A DNA stretch of 14,376 nt from Polyangiaceae bacterium. Its GTDB lineage: Bacteria; Myxococcota_A; Polyangia; Polyangiales; Polyangiaceae. The stretch is from assembly GCA_035063585.1 (NCBI GenBank), contig JAPSGB010000066.1, positions 1-14,376 on the forward strand, given 5' to 3'. Shown here piece by piece: positions 1 through 7,782 of the stretch. Every line of letters begins with the position of its first letter. The first letter of the stretch is position 1. The translations under genes and the position numbers were made by a program. The notes below the pieces were generated by a model. The model had not been told where the DNA came from. It did no database searches and saw only the letters and a program-made list of their open reading frames with translations.

Positions 1-17
1 GTCCCGCCGACCGCGTC
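1..17 (+). repeat. IS66 right terminal inverted repeat (truncated by window edge)
   Basis: GTCCCGCCGACCGCGTC matches the reverse complement of 3272-3288 (GTTCCGCGGACCACGTC) at 14/17 positions without gaps. Confidence 0.75.
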
Positions 18-153
18 GTGACGGGCGGCATGCGCCGTGCTCTGATCGCCGCGGGGACGACCGTGCCGCGCTGGCGCGGGCTGGAAAAGGCCGGGTTCAC
101 GCCGGCAGCGGCACGGTGTGGACGCGCCGGCGCGGGCGCGCCACGACCGCGGC

Positions 154-519
154 ATGGACTACGACGCCGCGGCGGCCGAGCTCGAGCAGGTCTGGCGCGC
201 GCACGTGATCGAGGAGCCGCGCGCGCAGCTCGCGCGGTGGCGCGACCGCGAGCGGGACATCGAGGTGCGCCTGTCCATCCCGACGCCCGCGTCGCAGCTG
301 GTGTTGATCTCCGTGTGCAAGCGCTACGGGCTGCGCCTCTACCGTCTTCCACGCCAGCACAGGTCTACGATGTGCGTGCAGGCACGTTCCGGCTTCATAC
401 ACGAGGTGCTGCACCCGTTGCTGTCGGGCATGGCGCAGATCTTCGAAGAGGCTGCGCACCAGACGACGTTGCGCGTCATCGATCGATGGTCGGAGCGCCG
501 CGCCGACGAAGCGAGCTGA
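154..519 (+). CDS. Hypothetical protein (121 aa), passenger gene inside IS66
   Basis: ATG at 154 in the 118..519 ORF; GC-ending codons and globular composition. The motif CKRYGLxxYRxPRQxxSTMCV resembles an uncharacterised family recalled from memory. Its TGA (517-519) directly abuts the tnpC stop (520-522). Confidence 0.75.
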   Translation: MDYDAAAAELEQVWRAHVIEEPRAQLARWRDRERDIEVRLSIPTPASQLVLISVCKRYGLRLYRLPRQHRSTMCVQARSGFIHEVLHPLLSGMAQIFEEAAHQTTLRVIDRWSERRADEAS

Positions 520-2423
520 CTACGCCGCGCGGTCCGCCGTCGCGCCGTTCGCGCGCGGCGATCCAATCTGCGCCGAAGCGATCATGCCGGGCTCCCACGG
601 ACGCGCGAGGATCGAGCGCCACCTGGTGTCGAGCTTGTCGCCCGTGTCGGTCCAGTACTTCGGCGCCAGCTCGATCACGCGGTTCTTCGGCCAGTGCGGC
701 ACGATCCTGAGGAGCTGCTCGAGGTAGATCGACGGGTCGAGCCGATGCAGCATGCACGAGGCGATCAGCGACCGGAAGGTCGTGTACCAGCCGATGCCGG
801 TCTCGTTCGCGAAGAAGATCCAGTTCGACAAGCCCACGACCAGATTCCGTAGCGCCTGCTCCGACAGATTGTTGTCGAGCCGGATGCGTCCGTCGCCGAG
901 GAAGCGGTGGAGGGCGTCGCGCTGGTTGTCGTAGTAGCCGATCCCGGACGCGAGCGGACTGCGCGGGTCGCCCCGGTCGCGATTGAGCGCGATCCACTTG
1001 TCGATGAGGTCGAGGACCGGCCCCGCGCGCTCGCGCCGCAGCCGCGTGAAGGTCGCGAGATCGAGTTCCTCCGCGCGCAATTTGCGATCGACCTCGAAGA
1101 GCTTGCCGATGAGCGACAGCGCTTCGAGCGCGCGCGGTGGGTCCGTCTCGAGCGCCCGATAAGACGGCCTTCTCGCGTGGAACCAGCACGCATGCTCGGT
1201 CATCCCGTGCTCGTTGTAGAGCACGTCGAAGACCGACGCGGCGTCGGCCAGCAGGTTGCCGCGGTAGCCGTCGAGCATGCGCGCGAAGACCGCGCCGTTC
1301 TGCTCGCGGTCGTAACGGAATACGACGTGATCGCGATCGGCGATGAAGACGAAGACGTGCCACCGCTCGCACCCGCGACGCTCCACCGGGTAGAGCACTT
1401 GCCGGTCCGACGCGGTGTCCCGCTCGCCCGCGGAGAGTCGCGGCGGCAGCACCCGCGCTCCGGTCGAGTCCGTCGCGATCAGGAAGGCGTGCTTCTTCGC
1501 GTCGTCCATCATCGCGTCCACCACCGGCACGCAGAAGGCGTTCGCCGCTTTCAGCCAACTGCACACTGCGTCGACTTCGGCAGCATGAAGCCACCGCGCG
1601 CGGCGATGCCCTGCTGACGGTTCAACGGCAACAGGTCGCCGTACTTCGAGATGATCACGTGCGAGATCGCGCTCGCATCGCCCATCGTGTTCGGCCACAA
1701 GCCCGCCGGCAGTGGCGCGATCACGATGCGCGTCCCGCCGTCGGAGGCGGGCTCAATCATGCTCGCCACCGCGGCGCCTGCGTCGCTGGCGTCGACAAGA
1801 TCCGCACTGGCCGTCGACCCCGTGAGCGCCTCCATCGCCGCATACTTCAGTCGAACGAGACGGAATCGGACCCACTCGGCCGGACGCCGCGCAATCCGCT
1901 CGGAGACCTCCTCGCCGATGAGCCGGTAGCCCTTGCCGCCCGCAGCCTTCACCTCGTCGGGCACGACGCGATCCTCGATCACCTGCAGGTTCGAGGTGTC
2001 GAGCGGACGCCGTCCGTGCGCATCGCGCTTCTTGCGCTTGCCCCGGCCCTCTCCGCCCTGGGTTGCGCCAGGCTCCGCTTCGACGCCATCATTTTCGCCG
2101 CCGTCGTCGTCTTCGCCGTCATTTTCGCCCTTGCCCTCGCCCTCGCCGTCGTTCGCGGGCGCCTCCACGCCGAGCGCCTCGAGCACGCGCTCGAAAGCGA
2201 GCTGGAGCTGATCGCGCGGCGCACGCGCGGGATGGTTCGGACGCGATGCCTCGTACGCCTTCCGGTAGCGCTCCAGATCCGCTTGCTACAACTCGCACAG
2301 CTTGGTCGTCTCGGCCAACTGCGCCTTGAGCACGGCGACCTGCTCAGCGAGCGAGGCGTTGCGTGCTCGTGCATCGTCGAGCGCACCGCGCATCGCATCG
2401 CACTGCTCACAATCCGCGCTCAC
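520..2423 (-). pseudogene. tnpC: IS66 DDE transposase TnpC, disrupted
   Basis: Reading from GTG 2423 gives a coiled-coil N-terminus, an in-frame TAG at 2288-2286, then QLQLAF, HGRR, SKYGDLLPLNRQ. A 2-bp TG duplication at ~1562-1565 (CAG TG TGC AGT TGG) shifts into the 520..1698 frame, which carries IATDSTG, LLADA, ACWFHARR, LDNNLSEQALR and NWIF motifs. Confidence 0.92.
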
Positions 2424-2501
2424 GCACGTAGCAGTAGCGATGCTTCGATCCCGCGCAAGCCACGCGTGATCGTTTCCCGGAAGATCGGCCAGCCGATCTG
2501 A

Positions 2502-2876
2502 TTAGCGGGGCGACCGACGCGTCGTCGAGCGCGTCTCCACCACGCGGCGTGCAGCGCGCAGCGCTCTACGGTCGATGCCTTCGAGCAGCAGCTCGAGTTC
2601 GCGACGACTCGCGGTCACGTGCGACGCGCCCGCCGGGATCGCGAGCGGTATGCGGTACACACCGTGATCGAGACGCTTGTAGAAAATGCAGTAGCCCGAC
2701 TTGTCGTGCCAGAGGATCTTCACGTGCGTGCCGCGACGGTTGTGGAACACGTACAGCGCCTCGCTACGCGGATCACCGTCGAGCTGTTGGCGCACGATGC
2801 CGGCCAGCCGATCGAACGACAGATGCAGGTTGACTGGCTCCGTCGCAACGTAGATTGCCGCGGGCAACCGCATCAT
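2502..2876 (-). CDS. tnpB: IS66 accessory protein TnpB (Orf2; not an RNA-guided TnpB nuclease)
   Basis: IYVATEPVNLHLSFDRLAGIV...LYVFHNRR...VKILWHD..GY.IFYKRL...LLLEGID is the IS66 Orf2 signature. ATG 2876 overlaps the tnpA stop (ATGA). Confidence 0.95.
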   Translation of the reverse strand: MMRLPAAIYVATEPVNLHLSFDRLAGIVRQQLDGDPRSEALYVFHNRRGTHVKILWHDKSGYCIFYKRLDHGVYRIPLAIPAGASHVTASRRELELLLEGIDRRALRAARRVVETRSTTRRSPR

Positions 2877-3235
2877 CGGCGCCGGCCGCAGCGCTCGACG
2901 ATCGCCAACGCCTCGCGAAGCACCTGCACGCTGCCGCGCTCGTACACACGCAACACGTGACCGCTCGGCGCCGCCAGCTCCCACGCAAGATCCGGATCTG
3001 CGCTCGCGCCCGCACCGTCGCCGTGTTCATCTTCGATCCGGACTGGCACGAGCTGCACCGCCGTGCGTGCCGCCGTCACCGGCGTACGATCATGCGCGAG
3101 CCGCCACTTCCACCACACCAGCGTCCGCGGCGACAGACCACGGGGCTCGGCAAACTGCGCCGCCGTCCGCCCGCTCCGCTCCCACGCGCGGATCAGCCGG
3201 GCCCACTCCTTCGCGCTGCGGCGTGCCTGCTTCAT
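2873..3235 (-). CDS. tnpA: IS66 accessory protein TnpA (HTH)
   Basis: W..LI.AWERSG.TAAQFA...GLS..TL.WWKWRL HTH motif followed by LVPVRI. First gene inside the left IR and coupled to tnpB. Confidence 0.9.
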   Translation of the reverse strand: MKQARRSAKEWARLIRAWERSGRTAAQFAEPRGLSPRTLVWWKWRLAHDRTPVTAARTAVQLVPVRIEDEHGDGAGASADPDLAWELAAPSGHVLRVYERGSVQVLREALAIVERCGRRR

Positions 3236-3271
3236 GCCTCCGGGCTAGCTGGGGGCGGGCGCGGGATGAAG

Positions 3272-3294
3272 GACGTGGTCCGCGGAACGGGTAC
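3272..3294 (-). repeat. IS66 left terminal inverted repeat
   Basis: Minus strand GTACCCGTTCCGCGGACCACGTC; the terminus lies 59 bp upstream of the tnpA start and pairs with 1-17. Confidence 0.8.
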
Positions 3295-3739
3295 GTACGT
3301 GGTGCTCGACGTCTTCAGTCGCTATGTCGTCGGCTGGATGGTGGCGCATCGCGAGACCGCCGTGCTTGCCCACCGGCTCATCGCGCAAACCTGTGCGCGC
3401 CAGGGCATCGAGCCCGGTCAGCTCACGCTGCACGCAGACCGTGGATCGTCGATGACGTCGAAGCCCGTCGCGTTCCTGCTTGCCGACCTGGGCGTCACGA
3501 AGACGCACTCGCGACCGCACGTCTCGGACGAGAGCCCGTACAGCGAGGCGCACTTCAAGACGTTGAAGTACCGGCCCGACTTCCCCGACCGCTTCGGCGC
3601 GATCGAAGACGCGCGCGGGCACTGCGCGGACTTCTTCGACTGGTACAAGAACGACCATCACCACGCCGGACTCGCGATGCTCACGCCCGCCGACGTGCAC
3701 TGCGGACGCGCCGACGAGCGCATCGCGGAATGGCAGGCC
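3295..3739 (+). pseudogene. IS3-family transposase fragment (rve/integrase core), interrupted by IS66 and truncated at the 3' end
   Basis: YVVLDVFSRYVVGW, LTLHADRGSSM, HSRPHVSxxxPYSEAHFKTLKY, FFDWYxxxHHHAGL..LTP. The first catalytic Asp and the N-terminus are absent. Confidence 0.9.
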
Positions 3740-4660
3740 CCGCTCTCACGAACGCCGATGTCGCCGACATCCTCCAGATCGCCCGCGCGCGCATCGTCCG
3801 CCTGCTGCGTCGCAGGGGCGTCGTCACCGACGACGACGCGAGCGGCACGAACGTCGTGAACGCGGACACCGCGCTCGCGGACAACGAGTCCGCGCTGGCC
3901 GCGCTCGCCGCCGCATCCGTCGCCGGCACCGTACCCGCCGGTCCCGCGCTGCGCAGGCAGGATCCCGTGAAGCTCCGCAGCAGGGCGGAGCTCGCACACA
4001 CCAAGGGCCTGTGTGCCGCCGAGCACGGCTTCTCGCTCCACGCCGCGACAACGGCCGGGGCCGAGGACCGCGCGGGAAAGGAGGCATTGTGCAAGTACAT
4101 CCTGCGCCCGCCCATCGCGCAGGATCGCATCCAACTCGTCGCCGACGATCTGGTGAGGCTGACCCTGAAGCGACCCTTCAGCGACGGCACCTTCGCCCTG
4201 GAGATGGATCCACTCAGCCTGCTGGTCCGGCTCGCGAGTTCCGTGCCACCGCCACGCATGAACCAGGTTCGCTACGCCGGCGTGCTCGCTGCGAACAGCA
4301 AATGGAGGGCGTGTATCGTCCCGCCGCCGCCGGTCGCGGAAACGGACGACGGCGACTGCGCGACGTGCACCGCGAAGAAAGACAAGCCGCCTACGCACCG
4401 CTGCGGATACCGCCCATGGCGCGAGTTGTTGCGAAGGACATTCAAGATCGATGTCGAGCACTGCGACCGTTGCGGCGCGCGCATGAAACTGCGCGCTCGT
4501 CATCACCAGCGCAGGCATCGAGCGCTACCTGAAGTGGCTCGGCGAGCCCACCGAGCCACCCGCGCTCGCGCCGTCGCGAGGGCCCCCGTTCTTCAAGAGC
4601 CGCATCATCCGCCGCAAGCTCGGCGAGCCCGTCCAGGCGGAGCTGTTCGACGCGCATTGA
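3739..4660 (+). pseudogene. IS91/ISCR-family (Y2, rolling-circle) transposase, C-terminal part, frameshifted
   Basis: [58 protein letters not shown]..CxxCG. A 2-bp loss in the GCGCGC run at ~4491-4496 hides the tail LVITSAGIERYLKWLGEPTEPPALAPSRGPP...FDAH, which ends at TGA 4658-4660. The HUH motif and N-terminal zinc domain are missing. Confidence 0.9.
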
Positions 4661-4815
4661 ACGCGCGCTCGACAACGCCGAGGTCTGCCCGGTTCGCCGC
4701 CAGCCGCACGAATGCAACGCGCGCGCTGCCGACCCCGGGCCTGACTCGCCTCGCGCCGGAGCCCATTGTGCCGTAGACTGCCTCCCAGCCTGGGAAAGTG
4801 ACGTGCAGCAGCGAT

Positions 4816-4847
4816 GGGAGCGGCGTTCTTGTTGACTACGCGCTCCC
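4816..4847 (+). other. Probable oriIS end of the IS91-like element
   Basis: GCGTTCTTGTTGACTACGC (4823-4841) lies ~160-180 bp after the transposase stop and has the GCGTT-N8-CTAYRC spacing of ISCR oriIS ends. It is framed by the inverted repeat GGGAGCG/CGCTCCC. Confidence 0.5.
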
Positions 4848-4850
4848 GGC

Positions 4851-6578
4851 TCACGGGCCCGGAGCGAGCGCGTAGCCCTGCAGCGAGGCTCTGGCTCGGT
4901 TGGGGGCCGCGAACGGGCTCTTGATCCGAAGGGTCTTCCCCCAGTAACCCGCCGAGGGAGGCGCGTCTCGCAGCGGCGGCGTAAAGGACGCGGTGATGAC
5001 GCAGGTCTCACCCGCGTCGAGGGTGTCGGTGCAGTAGGGCCAGGGGTGCCAATCCAGCTCGCGTGTGCCGGTGCCGCCGGGGAAGAGCGCGCTCGGATCT
5101 GCGCTCGTCCCCCAGCTCCAGAAGGCGTCGTTGAACGAGGTGTCCCCGATCCCGCTGCCCGTGAAGGTGGTGGCCGTCGCTCCCCCCACGTTCGTCAAGA
5201 AGAAGTGAGCCACCGCGGTCTCGCCTCGTAGCGCGGTGACCACGGCCTCCAACGGATCGATGGTCCCTCCGGTGGATGACGGATCGCGAGTCAGCTCGAG
5301 CAAGGGCTGATCCGTGGTCTCGCCTCGAAGGTCGACCGCCACCTGCGACTGGTAGGCGCCGGTCAGCGCGATCGTCAGCTTGCTCATGCCGGCCTGAGCG
5401 CCGGAGAAGCTGAGCGCGATCGAGCAGCTCTTCCAGGGAGCCAGCTGGGCGCCGCACGGTGGCGTCGCGAAAAACAGTCGCGGATCGTCGTATCCGGGAA
5501 AGCTTCCCGAGGACCACGAGAACGGAGCGGCCAGGGTCTGACCGTCACTCAGCCCGGTCGTCGCGTCACCGTTGCTTTCGATCTCCAGGAAGCGCCGCTG
5601 CGGAGCGCCAGCCACGAAGGTCTCGTTGAAGTCCATTCGAATGGACGCCGGTGCCCGATAGCCCGCGCAGGTCGAGCCCACGCGGGCCACCTCGCGGAGC
5701 GCGGCGGCCTCAGCCGCGCCGAGCTCGACCGGAACCGCGCTGGCCTCGGGCACCTGGCGCCCCGTCAGCGCCACGTAGATCGTGCTGGCCGTCAGATAGG
5801 TGCCGGCCATGGTCGGGTGGCTGCCGTCCGCCTGGTGCAGCACGATCTCGGGGTGCGACGAGAGCGAGCGGCGAAAGGCCTCGCCGACGCAAGCCATGAC
5901 GCTGCCGGGCAGCGCCTCGGCGAACCGCGCGTAGGCGGACGTCAGCAGATCCTGCATCCGCGCCGGGTCGATGCCGAAGGTCGCGTAGTACCCGTTGCCA
6001 GCCGCGCGCGCCCACGTGGCGTACCAGACCGGGACCGCGCCCGCGGCGGCGACGTGATCGCCGAGGCTCTTCGCGGCATCGGCGTCCTCGCTGAAGTGGT
6101 CGTCGAACACGTTGAAGTAATGGAGCGTCGGCGTGACGCTCTGGTCTTGCAGCACCACGTGCGTCCAGGTGCCCTGTTCGATGCGGGCCACCGCGACGCC
6201 GGCCGCCAGGTGATCTTCGAAGCTGGCGCCGCCGGTGGTGACGCTCTCGACCGCGATGAGCGGCGGCACGCCGGCGGTCGCCGCGAGGTTCGACAGCACG
6301 GTCGGAAGATCGTTCACGTAGGTGTAGCTGTTGCCGATGAAGAGCACCCGCAACGCGCGGACAGCGGCGCCGTCCGCGCCGCTGTCCGCGGTGCCCGCGT
6401 CGATGGCGGCGCCGTCCGCGCCGCTGTCTGCGGTGCCCGCGTCGATGGCGGCGCCGTCCGCGCCGCTGTCCGCGGTGCCCGCGTCGATGGCGGCGTCGAT
6501 CGCGCTGGCATCGCGCTCGTTCGTCCCCGGGGAGCAGCCCACCAGGCCCAAGAGTGCTGCGGCTGCAATGGCTCTCAT
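4851..6578 (-). CDS. Lipoprotein with SGNH/GDSL hydrolase domain and two C-terminal Ig-like (choice-of-anchor D-like) domains
   Basis: Lipobox LVGC; SGNH blocks VLFIGNSYT, VVLQDQS and DGSHP. Two FPG...C..xL.xG/xxxC.I.xSF units at the C-terminus. Confidence 0.85.
   Translation of the reverse strand: MRAIAAAALLGLVGCSPGTNERDASAIDAAIDAGTADSGADGAAIDAGTADSGADGAAIDAGTADSGADGAAVRALRVLFIGNSYTYVNDLPTVLSNLAATAGVPPLIAVESVTTGGASFEDHLAAGVAVARIEQGTWTHVVLQDQSVTPTLHYFNVFDDHFSEDADAAKSLGDHVAAAGAVPVWYATWARAAGNGYYATFGIDPARMQDLLTSAYARFAEALPGSVMACVGEAFRRSLSSHPEIVLHQADGSHPTMAGTYLTASTIYVALTGRQVPEASAVPVELGAAEAAALREVARVGSTCAGYRAPASIRMDFNETFVAGAPQRRFLEIESNGDATTGLSDGQTLAAPFSWSSGSFPGYDDPRLFFATPPCGAQLAPWKSCSIALSFSGAQAGMSKLTIALTGAYQSQVAVDLRGETTDQPLLELTRDPSSTGGTIDPLEAVVTALRGETAVAHFFLTNVGGATATTFTGSGIGDTSFNDAFWSWGTSADPSALFPGGTGTRELDWHPWPYCTDTLDAGETCVITASFTPPLRDAPPSAGYWGKTLRIKSPFAAPNRARASLQGYALAPGP
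6364..6495. repeat. 42-bp coding tandem repeat x3 (AAIDAGTADSGADG linker)
   Basis: Unit gcggcgccgtccgcgccgctgtccgcggtgcccgcgtcgatg with one mismatch among copies. Confidence 0.95.
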
Positions 6579-6856
6579 CTGAGGCGGTCCCCATTTCCTC
6601 GACGATCTACGTGGGGCGGGGGCAGACCTTCCGCTCCATCGCGTCGGGGCCGTTCGGTGGCAGAGGTGCTGATCGTGTCCGGTGCCTCGGGGACCATACG
6701 GGTCCCGGGCCCTGTCCGCCAGCCATGGGGCGCTTCGGTCAATGCCTCCTCCACACCTGCGCGGTCGACTCCGACTGCTGCGCCGTGCCGGACGAGTACC
6801 AGCGCGCCGCGTTCGGGTGCCGCTCGACCCGCGGTGCGGCCGGCCGTGCGATCACC

Positions 6857-6885
6857 TTGCCGCCGCGCGGGGCGCGCCGTACGAA
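6857..6885 (+). promoter_or_regulatory. Putative sigma70-type promoter of a leaderless transcript
   Basis: TTGCCG-N17-TACGAA, 6 nt before ATG 6892; no Shine-Dalgarno sequence. Confidence 0.4.
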
Positions 6886-6891
6886 GACCTG

Positions 6892-7689
6892 ATGACGACG
6901 CCAGCGCGACGGTCCGCCGCGGTGCTGACCGTGCTGCTCTCGGCCTGCGAGCCGCGCTCCGTCGGCCCAGCCGGAGGCGAGCCGGGCCCGGTTCGCAGCG
7001 CGGCCGCGCCGCGCACCGTCGCGGCCACGTCCGCCCCCGTCGCGGCCACGTCCGCCCCCGTCGCGGCCACGTCCGCCCCCGTCGCGGCCACGTCCGCCCC
7101 CGCCGCCGCCCGAGCGTCAGCCGAGCCTGTCGCGCTCGCCGCGTCGAGCGTCGCGCCGCCGCGCGCCGCGGCCGCATCGGGTGGTTCCGCGCCGGTCCAA
7201 ACCCCAAGCCCCGCGGCCTCGTCGGTGACGGGGACGCCTGCGGTGGCTGCTGCGGCGCCAGCGCAGCCAGCACCAACCGCAGCCTCCGCCGCGCCGCCGA
7301 GCGCCTCGGCGCCCGCTCGGCCAGTGACGATGGTGAGCGGCGCGGGCGCGAGCGCGCCGGCCTTCACGCTCGCCATCAGCGCGCCCAGCCCGGTGCGCGC
7401 GGGGCAGTCGGCGGCGGCGACCGTCACGCTGACGGCGCGGGCGCCCTACCACTGCAACGACAAGTACCCGTACAAGTTCTCCGCCGACCCACCCGCCGGC
7501 GTGAGCTACCCGGCGGCGGTGGTGCGCGGGATGCAGGTCGCCGGCGCGCGCGCCAGCATGGCGATCCCGTTCGTCGCGGGAGCTCAGGGCCGCGGTACCA
7601 TCGCCGGGACGCTCGCCTTCTCGGTGTGCACCGCGGACAGGTGCCTGGTGGAGAAGCGCCGCCTCTCGGTCACGGTGGACGTCGACTGA
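6892..7689 (+). CDS. Lipoprotein with long Ala/Pro/Ser stalk and C-terminal DsbD-alpha-like Ig-fold domain
   Basis: Start reassigned to ATG 6892 (MTTPARRS, lipobox LSAC). The C-terminal domain has PYHCNDKYPYKF and GTLAFSVCTADRCLVEK (Cx4C). Confidence 0.75.
   Translation: MTTPARRSAAVLTVLLSACEPRSVGPAGGEPGPVRSAAAPRTVAATSAPVAATSAPVAATSAPVAATSAPAAARASAEPVALAASSVAPPRAAAASGGSAPVQTPSPAASSVTGTPAVAAAAPAQPAPTAASAAPPSASAPARPVTMVSGAGASAPAFTLAISAPSPVRAGQSAAATVTLTARAPYHCNDKYPYKFSADPPAGVSYPAAVVRGMQVAGARASMAIPFVAGAQGRGTIAGTLAFSVCTADRCLVEKRRLSVTVDVD
7018..7101. repeat. 21-bp perfect coding tandem repeat x4 (VAATSAP)
   Basis: gtcgcggccacgtccgccccc repeated four times exactly. Confidence 0.97.
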
Positions 7690-7690
7690 A

Positions 7691-7752
7691 GCGGCGCGCG
7701 CCGCCGTGCGGTCCCGCGCCGGACCAGCATCCCCGAGCAGAGCCGGCGCGGG
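7691..7752. terminator. GC-rich inverted repeats between convergent genes (possible terminator)
   Basis: Palindrome gcggcgcgcgccgc at 7691-7704 and 10-bp stem cccgcgccgg (7713-7722) / ccggcgcggg (7743-7752); no U-tract. Confidence 0.3.
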
Positions 7753-7782
7753 GCTCGGCAGCGAGGCCCTGCGCGAACGGCG

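Larger units (their letters stand above)
1..3294 (-). mobile_element. IS66-family insertion sequence (~3.3 kb, tnpA-tnpB-tnpC plus a passenger ORF); tnpC inactivated; about 6 terminal bp lie outside the window
   Basis: Canonical tnpA/tnpB/tnpC order. The end read on the minus strand from 3294 is GTACCCGTTCCGCGGACCACGTC (GTA-start typical of IS66) and matches window 1-17 as an inverted repeat. The sequence switches abruptly to IS3 coding sequence at 3295. Confidence 0.9.

Noticed and set aside
1551..1698. Programmed frameshift in tnpC
   Set aside because: No slippery heptamer. A simple TG duplication explains the shift, and a separate nonsense codon shows decay.
2286..2288. In-frame TAG as stop-codon recoding or pyrrolysine
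   Set aside because: TAG is used as a true stop by other genes here (520-522, 13386-13388), and the gene is also frameshifted.
2502..2876. tnpB as an RNA-guided TnpB/Cas12-like nuclease
   Set aside because: It is the 124-aa IS66 Orf2 with no RuvC or zinc-ribbon motifs; only the name is shared.
2855..4776. ORFs 2855..3859 and 3067..4776 as intact genes
   Set aside because: They are read-through chimeras of antisense tnpA, the IS3 fragment and the frameshifted IS91 fragment.
6364..7101. Tandem repeats as a CRISPR array
   Set aside because: Units are contiguous with no spacers, are multiples of 3 inside coding linkers, and no cas genes are present.
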